From assembly GCA_003519485.1 (NCBI GenBank), contig DOWQ01000313.1, positions 1-36,837 of the forward strand: DNA of 36,837 bases. The letters run 5' to 3'. Below the pieces are notes generated by a model, which was not told the origin of the DNA, did not search any database, and saw nothing but the letters and a program-made list of their open reading frames with translations. The position numbers were made by a program, and so were the translations under genes. This DNA comes from Streptomyces sp. (GTDB taxonomy: Bacteria > Actinomycetota > Actinomycetes > Streptomycetales > Streptomycetaceae). Positions 1-8,256 of this stretch are shown here, one piece after another; position 1 is the first letter of the stretch, and each line of letters starts with the position of its first letter.

Positions 1-237
1 ATCCGGCACCTCGAAAACGGGCTGGTACACGAACGGTCCCGCATTGACCGCGTGCGTCACCTCGCCGACCTCATCGCCGCCGGCGCGCCCTGGACCGCCA
101 ACCACCAGAACACCGCGGCCCGCATCCGCACCGCCGCGAACACCACGGACGCCGAGTGCCGTCGCTGCCACTGCCCCGCCGACAGCCCGCAGTGCGATCA
201 CTGCAACTGCTGCGACGTACCCGACCAGCCCGCCTGA
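1..237 (+). CDS. 3' end of Cys-rich hypothetical phage protein (5'-truncated)
   Basis: Frame open from base 1 to TGA at 237; C-terminal CRRCHC...CDHCNCC cluster. Confidence 0.55.
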   Translation: MRHLENGLVHERSRIDRVRHLADLIAAGAPWTANHQNTAARIRTAANTTDAECRRCHCPADSPQCDHCNCCDVPDQPA

Positions 238-336
238 CAACGCCACGGGGCGCCCCCTGTGCCGGCCAGCAACCCGGGGCGGCCCCGCCCAGCTCCCCCC
301 ACGCTTCCTGATCCGTCGCACCATCCGGGAGTCCAC

Positions 337-957
337 ATGCACGACACCGTCGCCCCAGCCGTCTGGCCCTGCGAGCTGTGCGGAAAGCCGTCCCGCGACC
401 GGGTTCACGCCAGCTGCCGCCAGTACCTCGACGACGACCTCGCCGCCCTCCCGCAGCTCTACCGGGCCCTCGGAGCCGAACTCGCCCCCGGCCGACGCGG
501 TGGAGACGGGCGTTCCGCCACCCGCAGCGCGCCCCTGCCGTGTAGCGAAGCCGTCCTCGACCTGCGGGCCCGCGGCGGCATCGAAGGCGTCGTCACCACC
601 TGGGAGCGTGACGCCCGTGAAACCCTCGGCTGGGCGCCGCCGCCCTTCCGCGGGGACATCGAACAGACCATCGCCGGGGCCGTGCTGTTCCTCCGCGGCA
701 ACCTGTCCTGGTTCTGCGATGTGCACGAGGTCCGCGAGCTGGCATCGGACGTCCGCCGGCTCGTCGGCGAATGCCGCAGGATCATCACCGGGGAACGCCC
801 GGAGCGGCGGATCGCCGTCGTCTGCGACACCGAGGACTGCGGCGGCATCATGCGGGTCACGATCAGCACCGACGGGCAGCGCTGCCCCCGCTGCCAAGTC
901 CAGTACGGGCGGGCCGACGTCCTCGAGCTCCAGCCCGCCGAACGCCGCGCAGCATGA
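337..957 (+). CDS. Zn-binding phage regulatory protein (OvmZ-like family of actinomycete prophages; possible late-gene regulator)
   Basis: GGAG RBS before ATG 337; N-terminal CELC...HASC and C-terminal CDTEDCGG...CPRC Zn-ribbon motifs; position upstream of the late region. Confidence 0.7.
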   Translation: MHDTVAPAVWPCELCGKPSRDRVHASCRQYLDDDLAALPQLYRALGAELAPGRRGGDGRSATRSAPLPCSEAVLDLRARGGIEGVVTTWERDARETLGWAPPPFRGDIEQTIAGAVLFLRGNLSWFCDVHEVRELASDVRRLVGECRRIITGERPERRIAVVCDTEDCGGIMRVTISTDGQRCPRCQVQYGRADVLELQPAERRAA

Positions 958-1009
958 GCGCTACCAGCAAGTAGCCGCACATACAGGCGATTTGTGACTT
1001 ATTCAGAAA

Positions 1010-1053
1010 CGGATATTCAACGATCGAACTACCGTCAGAATGGTGAATATCCG
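1010..1053. promoter_or_regulatory. AT-rich promoter region with 10-bp inverted repeat (CGGATATTCA-N24-TGAATATCCG)
   Basis: Perfect IR at 1010-1019 / 1044-1053 in the AT-rich gap before the HNH-helicase gene. Confidence 0.4.
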
Positions 1054-1097
1054 GTTACCTCCTGGCCAACGCTGGCCCCATCGAGACGGGACGCTCG

Positions 1098-2966
1098 GTG
1101 ACCGAACCACCCTCGGAACCAATCGACCGGCGGCGCTTCAACACCTCGGAACGTGTTGCCCTCTACCTCGCCGCCGACGGCCATTGCAGTCGATGCGGCG
1201 ATCCGCTAGAGCCCGGCTGGCATGGCGACCACGTCACGCCCTACTCGGCTGGCGGACCCACCGACGTCATCAACGGGCAGGCACTCTGCCCCGAATGCAA
1301 CCTGAAGAAGGGCAACACCGTGGCCAATGACGCCCGCGAATGGCAGACCCACGCCCGCGACCTGTTCCTGTCCCAGCCGAAGCGGGACTTCATGGTGGCC
1401 GCAACACCGGGAGCCGGAAAGACATGGTTCTCGCTAGCTCTCGCCAAGCTGCTCATCGAAGAAGGGACGGTGCAGCGCATCGCCGTAGTCGTCCCCACTG
1501 ACGCACTCCGCCAGCAGTGGGCCGACGTAGCGGAGCAAGTTGGGATATCGCTCATGCCCGTGTCCTGCCCGGACGACTATGAGAAGGACGGCTATCACGG
1601 CTGTGTCGTCACCTACGCCCAGGCCGCCCGCGGCGTCGGTGCCCAGCTCCTCCGGCGAATCACCCGGCGGCCCACCATCGCCATCCTCGACGAAATCCAC
1701 CATGCAGGCGAAAGCCGTGCCTGGGGCGACGGCCTGACCGATGCCCTTGAGCACGCGGTCCACCGCATCGCCCTGACCGGCACTCCGTGGCGCAAGGACT
1801 CGACCAGTCCCATCCCGTTCGTCACCTACGACGCCAACGGAAAGGTCAAGGTCGACTACGCATACGAGTACGGGACGGCCGTGTCCGACGGCGTCTGCCG
1901 GCGCATCGAGTTCCACGCCTACGACGGTGAAGCCAAGTGGGCGGACTGCGGGAAGATCAGCAGTTCCGCGCTCGGCAGCAATCTGGCCGAGATCGACGTG
2001 TCGGCCGTGCTCGACACTGTCCTTCAGCCCAACCAGCCGTGGATGCCTGCCCTTCTGGCCCAGGCGGACAGGGCGCTCGACGAACTCCGCATCGAAGTCC
2101 CCGACGCGGGCGGCTTGGTCGTCGCCCACGAGATGTACCACGCCCGCGCCTACGCCGAGATCCTCAAGCATGTCACGGGCCAGGAGCCGACGATTGTGCT
2201 CTCTGACGATCCGGACGCCAAGGGGCACATCGAGCGGTTCCGCGACTCCACCAGCAAGTGGCTGGTGGCCGTCCGGATGGTCTCGGAAGGTGTCGACATC
2301 AAGCGTCTCGCGGTCGGCGTGTACGCCACCAAGATCCGCACGCCTCTGTTCTTCCGCCAGGTCGTCGGACGGTTCGTCCGCGTCCGCAAGGACGAGGAGT
2401 TCAACGCTCGGCTCTACATCCCCGCTGTTCCTGCCCTCATGGATCACGCCCGTGAGATCGAGGAGGAGTTGAGGCATCAACTCGCCGTCGAGTTTGAGCG
2501 GGAGCGCAAGGCCCGCGAGGATGCCGGTTACGGTCAGGGCGCCTTCGACTTCGAACGGCAGCCGTTGTCCGCGACCGAGGCGACGTTCGACCGGGCCATC
2601 CTCAACGGCGACGAGGTGACCCCGGAAGAGGTGGATCGTGCGGTCGCCTGGTGCCGCAGCAACGGCATTCCCGCCACGTATGCCACCAACGTGGCCCGCG
2701 GGCATCGGTCGATGGAGCAGAACGGCGTCGAAGTCATCTCACCCGAGGCCGTGCCAGTCGTGGCCATCCCGCGGCACCGACGCGAACGCATGCTGCGGGG
2801 CGAGGTCGACACGCTGGCCGGCAAGGTGGCCTACCGGATGGGGATGCCGAAGAAGGACTTCAACTACTGGCTCCGCAAGGAGGGCTTCCCGCCCCGCGCA
2901 AAGGCGACGATCGAAGACCTTGAGCGCATCCAGCAGTTCCTCGTGAAGCGGCTCGGTGAACTGTGA
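1098..2966 (+). CDS. HNH endonuclease fused to SF2 (DEAD/DEAH, ResIII-like) helicase
   Basis: N-terminal CSRC...GDHVTPYSAGGPTDVINGQALCPECNLKKG (HNH); Walker A ATPGAGKT; DEIHH; TGTP; motif V VSEGVDI; motif VI QVVGRFVR. Confidence 0.9.
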   Translation: MTEPPSEPIDRRRFNTSERVALYLAADGHCSRCGDPLEPGWHGDHVTPYSAGGPTDVINGQALCPECNLKKGNTVANDAREWQTHARDLFLSQPKRDFMVAATPGAGKTWFSLALAKLLIEEGTVQRIAVVVPTDALRQQWADVAEQVGISLMPVSCPDDYEKDGYHGCVVTYAQAARGVGAQLLRRITRRPTIAILDEIHHAGESRAWGDGLTDALEHAVHRIALTGTPWRKDSTSPIPFVTYDANGKVKVDYAYEYGTAVSDGVCRRIEFHAYDGEAKWADCGKISSSALGSNLAEIDVSAVLDTVLQPNQPWMPALLAQADRALDELRIEVPDAGGLVVAHEMYHARAYAEILKHVTGQEPTIVLSDDPDAKGHIERFRDSTSKWLVAVRMVSEGVDIKRLAVGVYATKIRTPLFFRQVVGRFVRVRKDEEFNARLYIPAVPALMDHAREIEEELRHQLAVEFERERKAREDAGYGQGAFDFERQPLSATEATFDRAILNGDEVTPEEVDRAVAWCRSNGIPATYATNVARGHRSMEQNGVEVISPEAVPVVAIPRHRRERMLRGEVDTLAGKVAYRMGMPKKDFNYWLRKEGFPPRAKATIEDLERIQQFLVKRLGEL

Positions 2967-3565
2967 ACCTGAAGAAGAACGCCAACCTCGTCGAGGCGCT
3001 GGGCTCGTCGCTCCGCAGCGGAGACCACGGGCTGAAGGCGGTCCCTGGCCTCGTGAAGCGTGTGCTCGCCGAGGACGCGTGGCGCAGCTTCGTGACTCAG
3101 CGCGGCGAGCTTGTCGAGTACGACCACTTTGAGGAGTTCGTCGCAACGCCGCCACTGAAGGGGCTCGGGGCGTCGCTGGATCTGGTCCGGACCCTGGTCC
3201 GCGACGATCCGCTCGCGCTCGATCTGTTCGACCAGGCGACTCGCAGTGCGCATGGTGGAGATCGGCACTCTGATGCCTTCAAGTTGGATGATATAAAACT
3301 TGAAGGTTCGCAGATGGCGGCCCCCACCGGCACCTCCCGCGAGGCAGGACTCCGCCGCCTACGCAAGGATCGCCCCGACCTCCATGCCGAGGTACTCGCC
3401 GGCGCGTTGAGCACGCACGCCGCCATGGTCAAAGCCGGCTTCCGGCGTCGCGCCCTCACCGTCCCCGTCGACACCCCGGAGAACATGGCGCGCGCCCTCC
3501 GCCGCAACCTCCCCCCAGAGGCCGTCACCGAACTCGCGAAGCTGCTCACCGCCGCAGGCGAATAG
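2963..3565 (+). CDS. Hypothetical DNA-binding protein (HGGDR motif, ParB/KorB C-terminal-like helical region)
   Basis: GTGA overlap with the helicase stop; HGGDRHS followed by LRRLRKDRPDLHAEVLAGALSTHAA; terminator downstream. Confidence 0.7.
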   Translation: MNLKKNANLVEALGSSLRSGDHGLKAVPGLVKRVLAEDAWRSFVTQRGELVEYDHFEEFVATPPLKGLGASLDLVRTLVRDDPLALDLFDQATRSAHGGDRHSDAFKLDDIKLEGSQMAAPTGTSREAGLRRLRKDRPDLHAEVLAGALSTHAAMVKAGFRRRALTVPVDTPENMARALRRNLPPEAVTELAKLLTAAGE

Positions 3566-3571
3566 CACGAC

Positions 3572-3606
3572 GAAGCCCCCGCCCGGGAGAACCGGGCGGG
3601 GGCTTC
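3572..3606. terminator. Intrinsic terminator hairpin between convergent genes
   Basis: 15-bp perfect stem GAAGCCCCCGCCCGG / CCGGGCGGGGGCTTC with 5-nt loop, 6 nt after the stop at 3565. Confidence 0.8.
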
Positions 3607-3651
3607 TGTCCGTGCTCGTCGGGCGGCGTCGAGGGTGGCAGGATCTTGGAC

Positions 3652-3688
3652 ACGTGGACCCGCTCACGTCCCTTGAGCGGGTCCACGT
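3652..3688. repeat. 15-bp inverted repeat abutting the GntR stop codon (terminator or binding site)
   Basis: ACGTGGACCCGCTCA-cgtccct-TGAGCGGGTCCACGT. Confidence 0.65.
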
Positions 3689-4435
3689 TCACGAGGGTTC
3701 GCCCTCGACCTGCCACAGCCCCGGCGCGTAGACGTCCTCCCAGTATTCGATCGGGCCGTCCTCGTCGTGAAAGACGTTGATCAGGGTGAGGACCGGCACG
3801 GCGGCGTGGGGCGGCGGGACGATTTCGAGCAGCTCCAGCTCGATGCTCGTGGCGAGGCGGGCGGTGCGCCGCTCTGGCGAGCGGGTGATCTCCTTTCCGG
3901 TGCGCTCCGTGTAGTGCTCCTGCCAGAACCGCTCGGACGGCCCTTCCTGGAGTACCTCGGGTACGGGCCCCCAGGCCCTTGGGTGGATGACGGACAGGCC
4001 GACCGAGCGCGGCTTGCCGTCCTGGCGATGGACGCGCCGGCGCAGTCCGACCTCGTCGTGCAGCTCGATGCCGAGCGCATCGGCGATCTCCGGGTCGGCG
4101 CATGAGCGGAGCGCCACTTCGTGATTGCTGGTCGTCTCGCCGGGGCCGAGGTACTTCCCCGTCCGGGAGTAGCGACGGAGCCGCGCGGCTCCGGTGGAGA
4201 CGACCCTGGGCCGCTCGGCGACGACGGTGCGGGCGCCGGGCTGGGTGTAGATCAACCCCTCGTCTTTCAGCAGCCTGTACGCCCGGTTGACCGTGGCCAT
4301 GCTGGATTCGAGCTTCTCTTGCACCTCGCGCATGGACGGCATGGGGTCGCCGGGCCGGAGGGTTCCGTCCTCGATGAGCTGCCGGTAGCGGGTTGCGATC
4401 TCCGTGTACGGGGTCTTCTTTGCGGGCTTTGCCAC
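3689..4435 (-). CDS. GntR/HutC-family repressor (KorSA/TraR-type; wHTH + UTRA)
   Basis: YTEIATRYRQLIEDGTLRPGDPMPSMRE...MATVNRAYRLLKDEGLIYTQPGART wHTH; C-terminal UTRA-like region; AGGAGG RBS before GTG 4435; divergent from the transfer genes. Confidence 0.92.
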   Translation of the reverse strand: MAKPAKKTPYTEIATRYRQLIEDGTLRPGDPMPSMREVQEKLESSMATVNRAYRLLKDEGLIYTQPGARTVVAERPRVVSTGAARLRRYSRTGKYLGPGETTSNHEVALRSCADPEIADALGIELHDEVGLRRRVHRQDGKPRSVGLSVIHPRAWGPVPEVLQEGPSERFWQEHYTERTGKEITRSPERRTARLATSIELELLEIVPPPHAAVPVLTLINVFHDEDGPIEYWEDVYAPGLWQVEGEPS

Positions 4436-4455
4436 GTGGGGCCTCCTCCTCATGG

Positions 4456-4548
4456 GTAGCGCTACTGATTCTCCCCGAAGAGTAGACCGGCGCGTCGCCG
4501 ACGGGATTCCTTTCGGGGGTTGCTAGAGCGCTACAGTAGCGCTACCTT
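4456..4548 (+). promoter_or_regulatory. Divergent promoter with GTAGCGCTAC palindromic operators
   Basis: GTAGCGCTAC at 4456-4465 and 4536-4545, AGAGCGCTAC at 4525-4534; -35 TTGCTA (4520-4525), 17 nt, -10 TACCTT (4543-4548). Confidence 0.75.
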
Positions 4549-4631
4549 GTGGGCAAGCGAAAGGCCCCGCCCGGTGCGACATCACCAAACGGGGCCTGAG
4601 TCCGAACCTCCTGCGACGAGGAGCTCCAGCC

Positions 4632-5228
4632 GTGAGCATTACCGTACCGAACAACGTCAAGCGGGGCCGTGAAAGCTCCCTCCCCTTCGCCCTGCCGGCC
4701 GACCGCGCCCCGCGCCGGGTGACGGTCAGTGTCATCGGCCGGCCGGTGACGGTCGACTGCCCGACCTGGTGCACCGCCCCGCACACCGAGACGCTGGTGT
4801 CGCTGGACGACCTGTGCCACGAGGGCGAGCAGACCGCCCTGGCCGCGCCGACGTGGACCGCCGGCGAGCCCCGCACCGTTCAGATCCTGGCCGCGAACTT
4901 GGCCCAGTACCCGTTCTCTCGCGGTACGGACGCCGAGCCGCACCTGCTCCTCGACGCCGCCGACGACGGCGAGGCCGCCGAGCTCCACCCGGCCCGCGCC
5001 CTCGCGTTCGCCGACCAGCTCGACGCCCACGCCGCGCAGATCCGCCGCCTCGCCAGGCAGCTCCCGACCCCGACCGGTGAGCCTCTCGTCGGCGCGGCCG
5101 CCCGCGACATGGGCAGCCTGCTCCGCGCCACGCTCGCCGCCGAACCCGACCCCCAGCACGAGCGGGCCGGCGACACCCCCGACAGCCTGCCGCCGCTCCC
5201 GCAGCGAGACCCGGGCAAGGCGCTGTGA
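4632..5228 (+). CDS. DUF6907-like protein of Streptomyces mobile elements
   Basis: GAGGAG RBS; CPTWCTAPH...DDLCHEG motif; first gene of the transfer operon. Confidence 0.7.
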   Translation: MSITVPNNVKRGRESSLPFALPADRAPRRVTVSVIGRPVTVDCPTWCTAPHTETLVSLDDLCHEGEQTALAAPTWTAGEPRTVQILAANLAQYPFSRGTDAEPHLLLDAADDGEAAELHPARALAFADQLDAHAAQIRRLARQLPTPTGEPLVGAAARDMGSLLRATLAAEPDPQHERAGDTPDSLPPLPQRDPGKAL

Positions 5229-5410
5229 ACTACGTCGGCCACACCAGCCCCGGACTCCTCGTGACGAGCGGCCCCCGCGATGGCGGCATGCACGGCGCGA
5301 CCTGCCGATGCGGCTGGACCAGCCAGCCCACCCCGTACTCCGAGCGCGCCTACATGGACGCCCGGAACCACGCCCGACGCTGCGACCGCCCGGTGCCCCG
5401 CCGGCCCTAG
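5225..5410 (+). CDS. Small Cys/His (Zn-finger-like) hypothetical protein
   Basis: GTGA overlap with the previous gene; CRCGW...ARNHARRC. Confidence 0.55.
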   Translation: MNYVGHTSPGLLVTSGPRDGGMHGATCRCGWTSQPTPYSERAYMDARNHARRCDRPVPRRP

Positions 5411-5514
5411 CGTCCACGAACCGCCGCCCCCGCGGGGTGACCAACACCCCCCGCGCAGCCCCCTCGGGGGCGGCCACCACTTCCCGACCACGCCACCCCC
5501 CGAGAGGACCCGCC

Positions 5515-5766
5515 ATGACCCGCACCCTGTTCGACGCCGACTTCGCCGCCACGTCCGACCTGGCCACCCACTCCCGCCGCACGGCCACGGTGGCCGACGC
5601 GGACGCCGCCTACCGGGCCGACCTCGTCACCCGGTACGTGACCGCCGACTCCTGGGAGGCCGAGCTGAAGATCCTCGCCGAGGCCGTCCGCTACGACAAG
5701 CAGCACCCCGACGAGCTGCCGCTCTACGACGAGATGCACGGCACCCGCATCGGCCAGGCCGCCTGA
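5515..5766 (+). CDS. Hypothetical protein (83 aa)
   Basis: GAGAGGACCCGCC-ATG leader; typical codon usage; true start lies inside ORF 5077..5766. Confidence 0.7.
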   Translation: MTRTLFDADFAATSDLATHSRRTATVADADAAYRADLVTRYVTADSWEAELKILAEAVRYDKQHPDELPLYDEMHGTRIGQAA

Positions 5767-5843
5767 AAACCGGGTCCGACCCCGACTGCCCAGAACTCGA
5801 CACCGACACCGCCGACCGCATCTGACCAGAAGGAGACCCGCCC

Positions 5844-6089
5844 ATGCCCGGCCCACCTGACTGGCTGCAAAGTCAGATCACAGATCGCGACCGTGCTGCT
5901 GACGCCCTCGGCGCAGCCGCCGACCAGATGAACGTCTGCCGCTCGATCGCGGCCGACCTGAACGCCGCAGGCAAGGACCACACCGCGGACCCGTACTGGC
6001 GGGCGGCCGTAGCCGAATCCCACCGGCTCACCGAGACATTCGGCCTCGACGAGCACGACATCGGAGAAGAGGCCGCCCGGCGCCGCTGA
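5844..6089 (+). CDS. Hypothetical protein (81 aa)
   Basis: AAGGAG RBS; helical protein-like composition. Confidence 0.7.
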   Translation: MPGPPDWLQSQITDRDRAADALGAAADQMNVCRSIAADLNAAGKDHTADPYWRAAVAESHRLTETFGLDEHDIGEEAARRR

Positions 6090-6144
6090 CCACCCCCCCC
6101 CGCACCTCGAGCACCAGACGACACACCCACCGAGAGGACCCGCC

Positions 6145-6345
6145 ATGTCCCTGTTCAGCAAGAGTTCCGCCGAGAAGTCCGCCATCGCCGACATGAAGGC
6201 CGCCGACAAGGCGCTCAACGCGTACTCCGACAACGAGCGTCGTGCCGGGCGCCACGACGAGACCGCCGAGTACGAGCGGCTCAACCGGGCCGCGAACGAG
6301 GCGGCCGGCAAGGTCGGCTTCTGGCGCGGCGGCAACAAGCGCTGA
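6145..6345 (+). CDS. Hypothetical protein (66 aa)
   Basis: GAGAGGACCCGCC-ATG leader; strong GC3 bias. Confidence 0.7.
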   Translation: MSLFSKSSAEKSAIADMKAADKALNAYSDNERRAGRHDETAEYERLNRAANEAAGKVGFWRGGNKR

Positions 6346-6475
6346 CGACTGCCTGTGGCCCCGGACATCGCGCCGGGGCCGCGGGGAGCCGTGGGCGTAG
6401 AACCCACTGCCCCTTCTTCGGTGAACGCCGGAAAAGCCTGGTCATCCCGAACTGCCAACCCGAGAGGAAACCCGC

Positions 6476-6625
6476 ATGGCGAAGGACGGCGACCGCTGCA
6501 TCCCCTGCGAGGAGCACGCCCGGCTGCACTCCGACCCGCTCGGGCTCGGATCCCGGGAGCCGTGCCCCCAGTGCGAGGAACACGTCGAGCTGCACAAGCG
6601 CGAGCGGCGGATCACCTGGTGGTGA
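6476..6625 (+). CDS. Small CxxC/His protein (pRL2-8-like), 49 aa, absent from the ORF track
   Basis: GAGAGG RBS; MAKDGDRCIPCEEHARLHSDPLGLGSREPCPQCEEHVELHKRERRITWW*. Confidence 0.65.
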   Translation: MAKDGDRCIPCEEHARLHSDPLGLGSREPCPQCEEHVELHKRERRITWW

Positions 6626-6676
6626 CCGCGCCCGCTTCGCCCGCCACCTGACACCCCACCTGAGAGGAGTCGCACC

Positions 6677-6982
6677 GTGCACGCCTATCTGATCACCGCG
6701 AAGCCCGGCCGCTGGCAGCGGTCCGCCCGGGCGGTCCGGGTGTGGACGGTGCGCCTCCTCGTCGCCGCCCTCCTCATCGCCCTCGGGGCCGTGGTCCTCG
6801 CCCTCCGCTGCGCCCGGCCCCTGATCGACCTGGCCGCCACCGCCGCCATCCGCACCGAACTTGAAGTCAGCATCCGCACCGGGCTCCCCGGACTCGGCGC
6901 CCTCGCCGGCGCCCGACTCGCCGAAGCCTTCGCCCACGAATTCCGCACCGCATGGAAGCAGGAGAGGACTGATACCCCGTGA
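6677..6982 (+). CDS. Small membrane protein
   Basis: GAGGAG RBS; hydrophobic LLVAALLIALGAVVLAL; GTGA overlap with the next gene. Confidence 0.65.
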   Translation: MHAYLITAKPGRWQRSARAVRVWTVRLLVAALLIALGAVVLALRCARPLIDLAATAAIRTELEVSIRTGLPGLGALAGARLAEAFAHEFRTAWKQERTDTP

Positions 6983-8226
6983 CCACCGCCCTTGAGAAGG
7001 TCAACGGCACCGCCCGGGGCGCCGACGAGCCGCGCTTCGACCCGGTGGCGCTGGCCGAGGCCGCGGCGATCCGGGCCCGCACCGAAGCCGAGGCCGAAGC
7101 CGCCCGGCTCAAGGCAGAAGCCGAGACGGACGCGATCCGCGCCAAGGCGGCCGAGGAAGCCGAGCGGCAGCGCATCGCCAACGAGCGCGCCCGGATGCGC
7201 CTGGAGCGCGAGCAGGCCGACCACGACGCGAAGATCGCCGAATCCGCGAGGAAGCGTGAAGAGAGCGAGCGCGCCACCCGGGCCGCACGCGAGAAGGAAG
7301 ACGCCCAGCAGCAGGCGCAGGCCGAAGAAGCCGGGAAGCGCGTGAAGTCCGCGCAGTCGTGGCGCAAGGCCGCCCTCGGCTTCGCCATCGTGTGCGCGAT
7401 CGTCGCCCTCCCCGTGCAGATGTCCGCCTTCTTCGACCGCGACGCCTTGTGGCTCCTCGCCGCCCCCGCCGTCCTCGAAGGCGGCGCCTGGGTGGTGCTG
7501 CGTGGCGCGGCGGCCGCCGTCGACGACCACCGGCCGCACTGGCACTACCGGCTCATCGCCTGGTCCCTCGCCTTCATCGCCGCCGGCATCAACCTGTGGC
7601 ACGGACTCCACGCATTCGACCCCGCCACCGCGCTCGGTACCGCCTTCGCCTCCATCGCCGGCCCCGGCGTCTGGGACCTCCACGAGCACGGCCGGATCCG
7701 GGTCCGCGACGGGAAGGAAACCTGGCGCGAGCGGCGCCGCCGGACCGCAGCAGAGAAGGCCGCCGCGAAGGAGAAAGCCGCGAAGGAGAAGGCCGCCGCC
7801 GACGCCCGGCAGGCCGCGGCCGAACAGCTCGCCACCGAGCGGGCCGAGCAGTTCCCCGACGAGTGGAAGTGGGCGCTGCGGATCGCCGCCGCAGTCGGCG
7901 AGACCACCGTCACCGAAGACGTGTGGATCCGCGCCTGGGACGAACTGCACGCCACCAAGCCCGGCGAGACCGTCGACCAGATCCGCCGCCGTAACGCCGC
8001 CGCCCGGCGCGTGGCCATGGCCCGCTCCGAAGCCTCCGGCAACACGCCGAGCAAGGTCCCGAACGCGCAGCGTGCACCGCAAATGCCCAACGCGGCGAAG
8101 AAGCGCGTCTACAACCCGCCCGCGCGACCCGGACGCAGGACCAAGGGCGACACCCCGAAGTACGTCAACGCAGCCCGCAAGCAGGCGGCCATCACCGCCA
8201 AGCAGGCCGCTACCGGCAGCCACTGA
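6979..8226 (+). CDS. Spd-like (DUF2637-type) membrane protein with coiled coil
   Basis: N-terminal Ala/Glu/Arg coiled coil, about 4 hydrophobic segments, basic C-terminus; directly upstream of the FtsK-like gene. Confidence 0.7.
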   Translation: MTTALEKVNGTARGADEPRFDPVALAEAAAIRARTEAEAEAARLKAEAETDAIRAKAAEEAERQRIANERARMRLEREQADHDAKIAESARKREESERATRAAREKEDAQQQAQAEEAGKRVKSAQSWRKAALGFAIVCAIVALPVQMSAFFDRDALWLLAAPAVLEGGAWVVLRGAAAAVDDHRPHWHYRLIAWSLAFIAAGINLWHGLHAFDPATALGTAFASIAGPGVWDLHEHGRIRVRDGKETWRERRRRTAAEKAAAKEKAAKEKAAADARQAAAEQLATERAEQFPDEWKWALRIAAAVGETTVTEDVWIRAWDELHATKPGETVDQIRRRNAAARRVAMARSEASGNTPSKVPNAQRAPQMPNAAKKRVYNPPARPGRRTKGDTPKYVNAARKQAAITAKQAATGSH

Positions 8227-8256
8227 CCACCACTACGACAAGAAGGAGATACGACC

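Noticed and set aside
44-997. 317-aa Pro/Ser/Thr-rich ORF
   Set aside because: Off-frame overlap of the real genes 1..237 and 337..957; composition typical of a wrong frame.
5767-5825. Short CCGAC/CGACAC repeats
   Set aside because: Short and irregular in GC-rich DNA; cannot be distinguished from chance.
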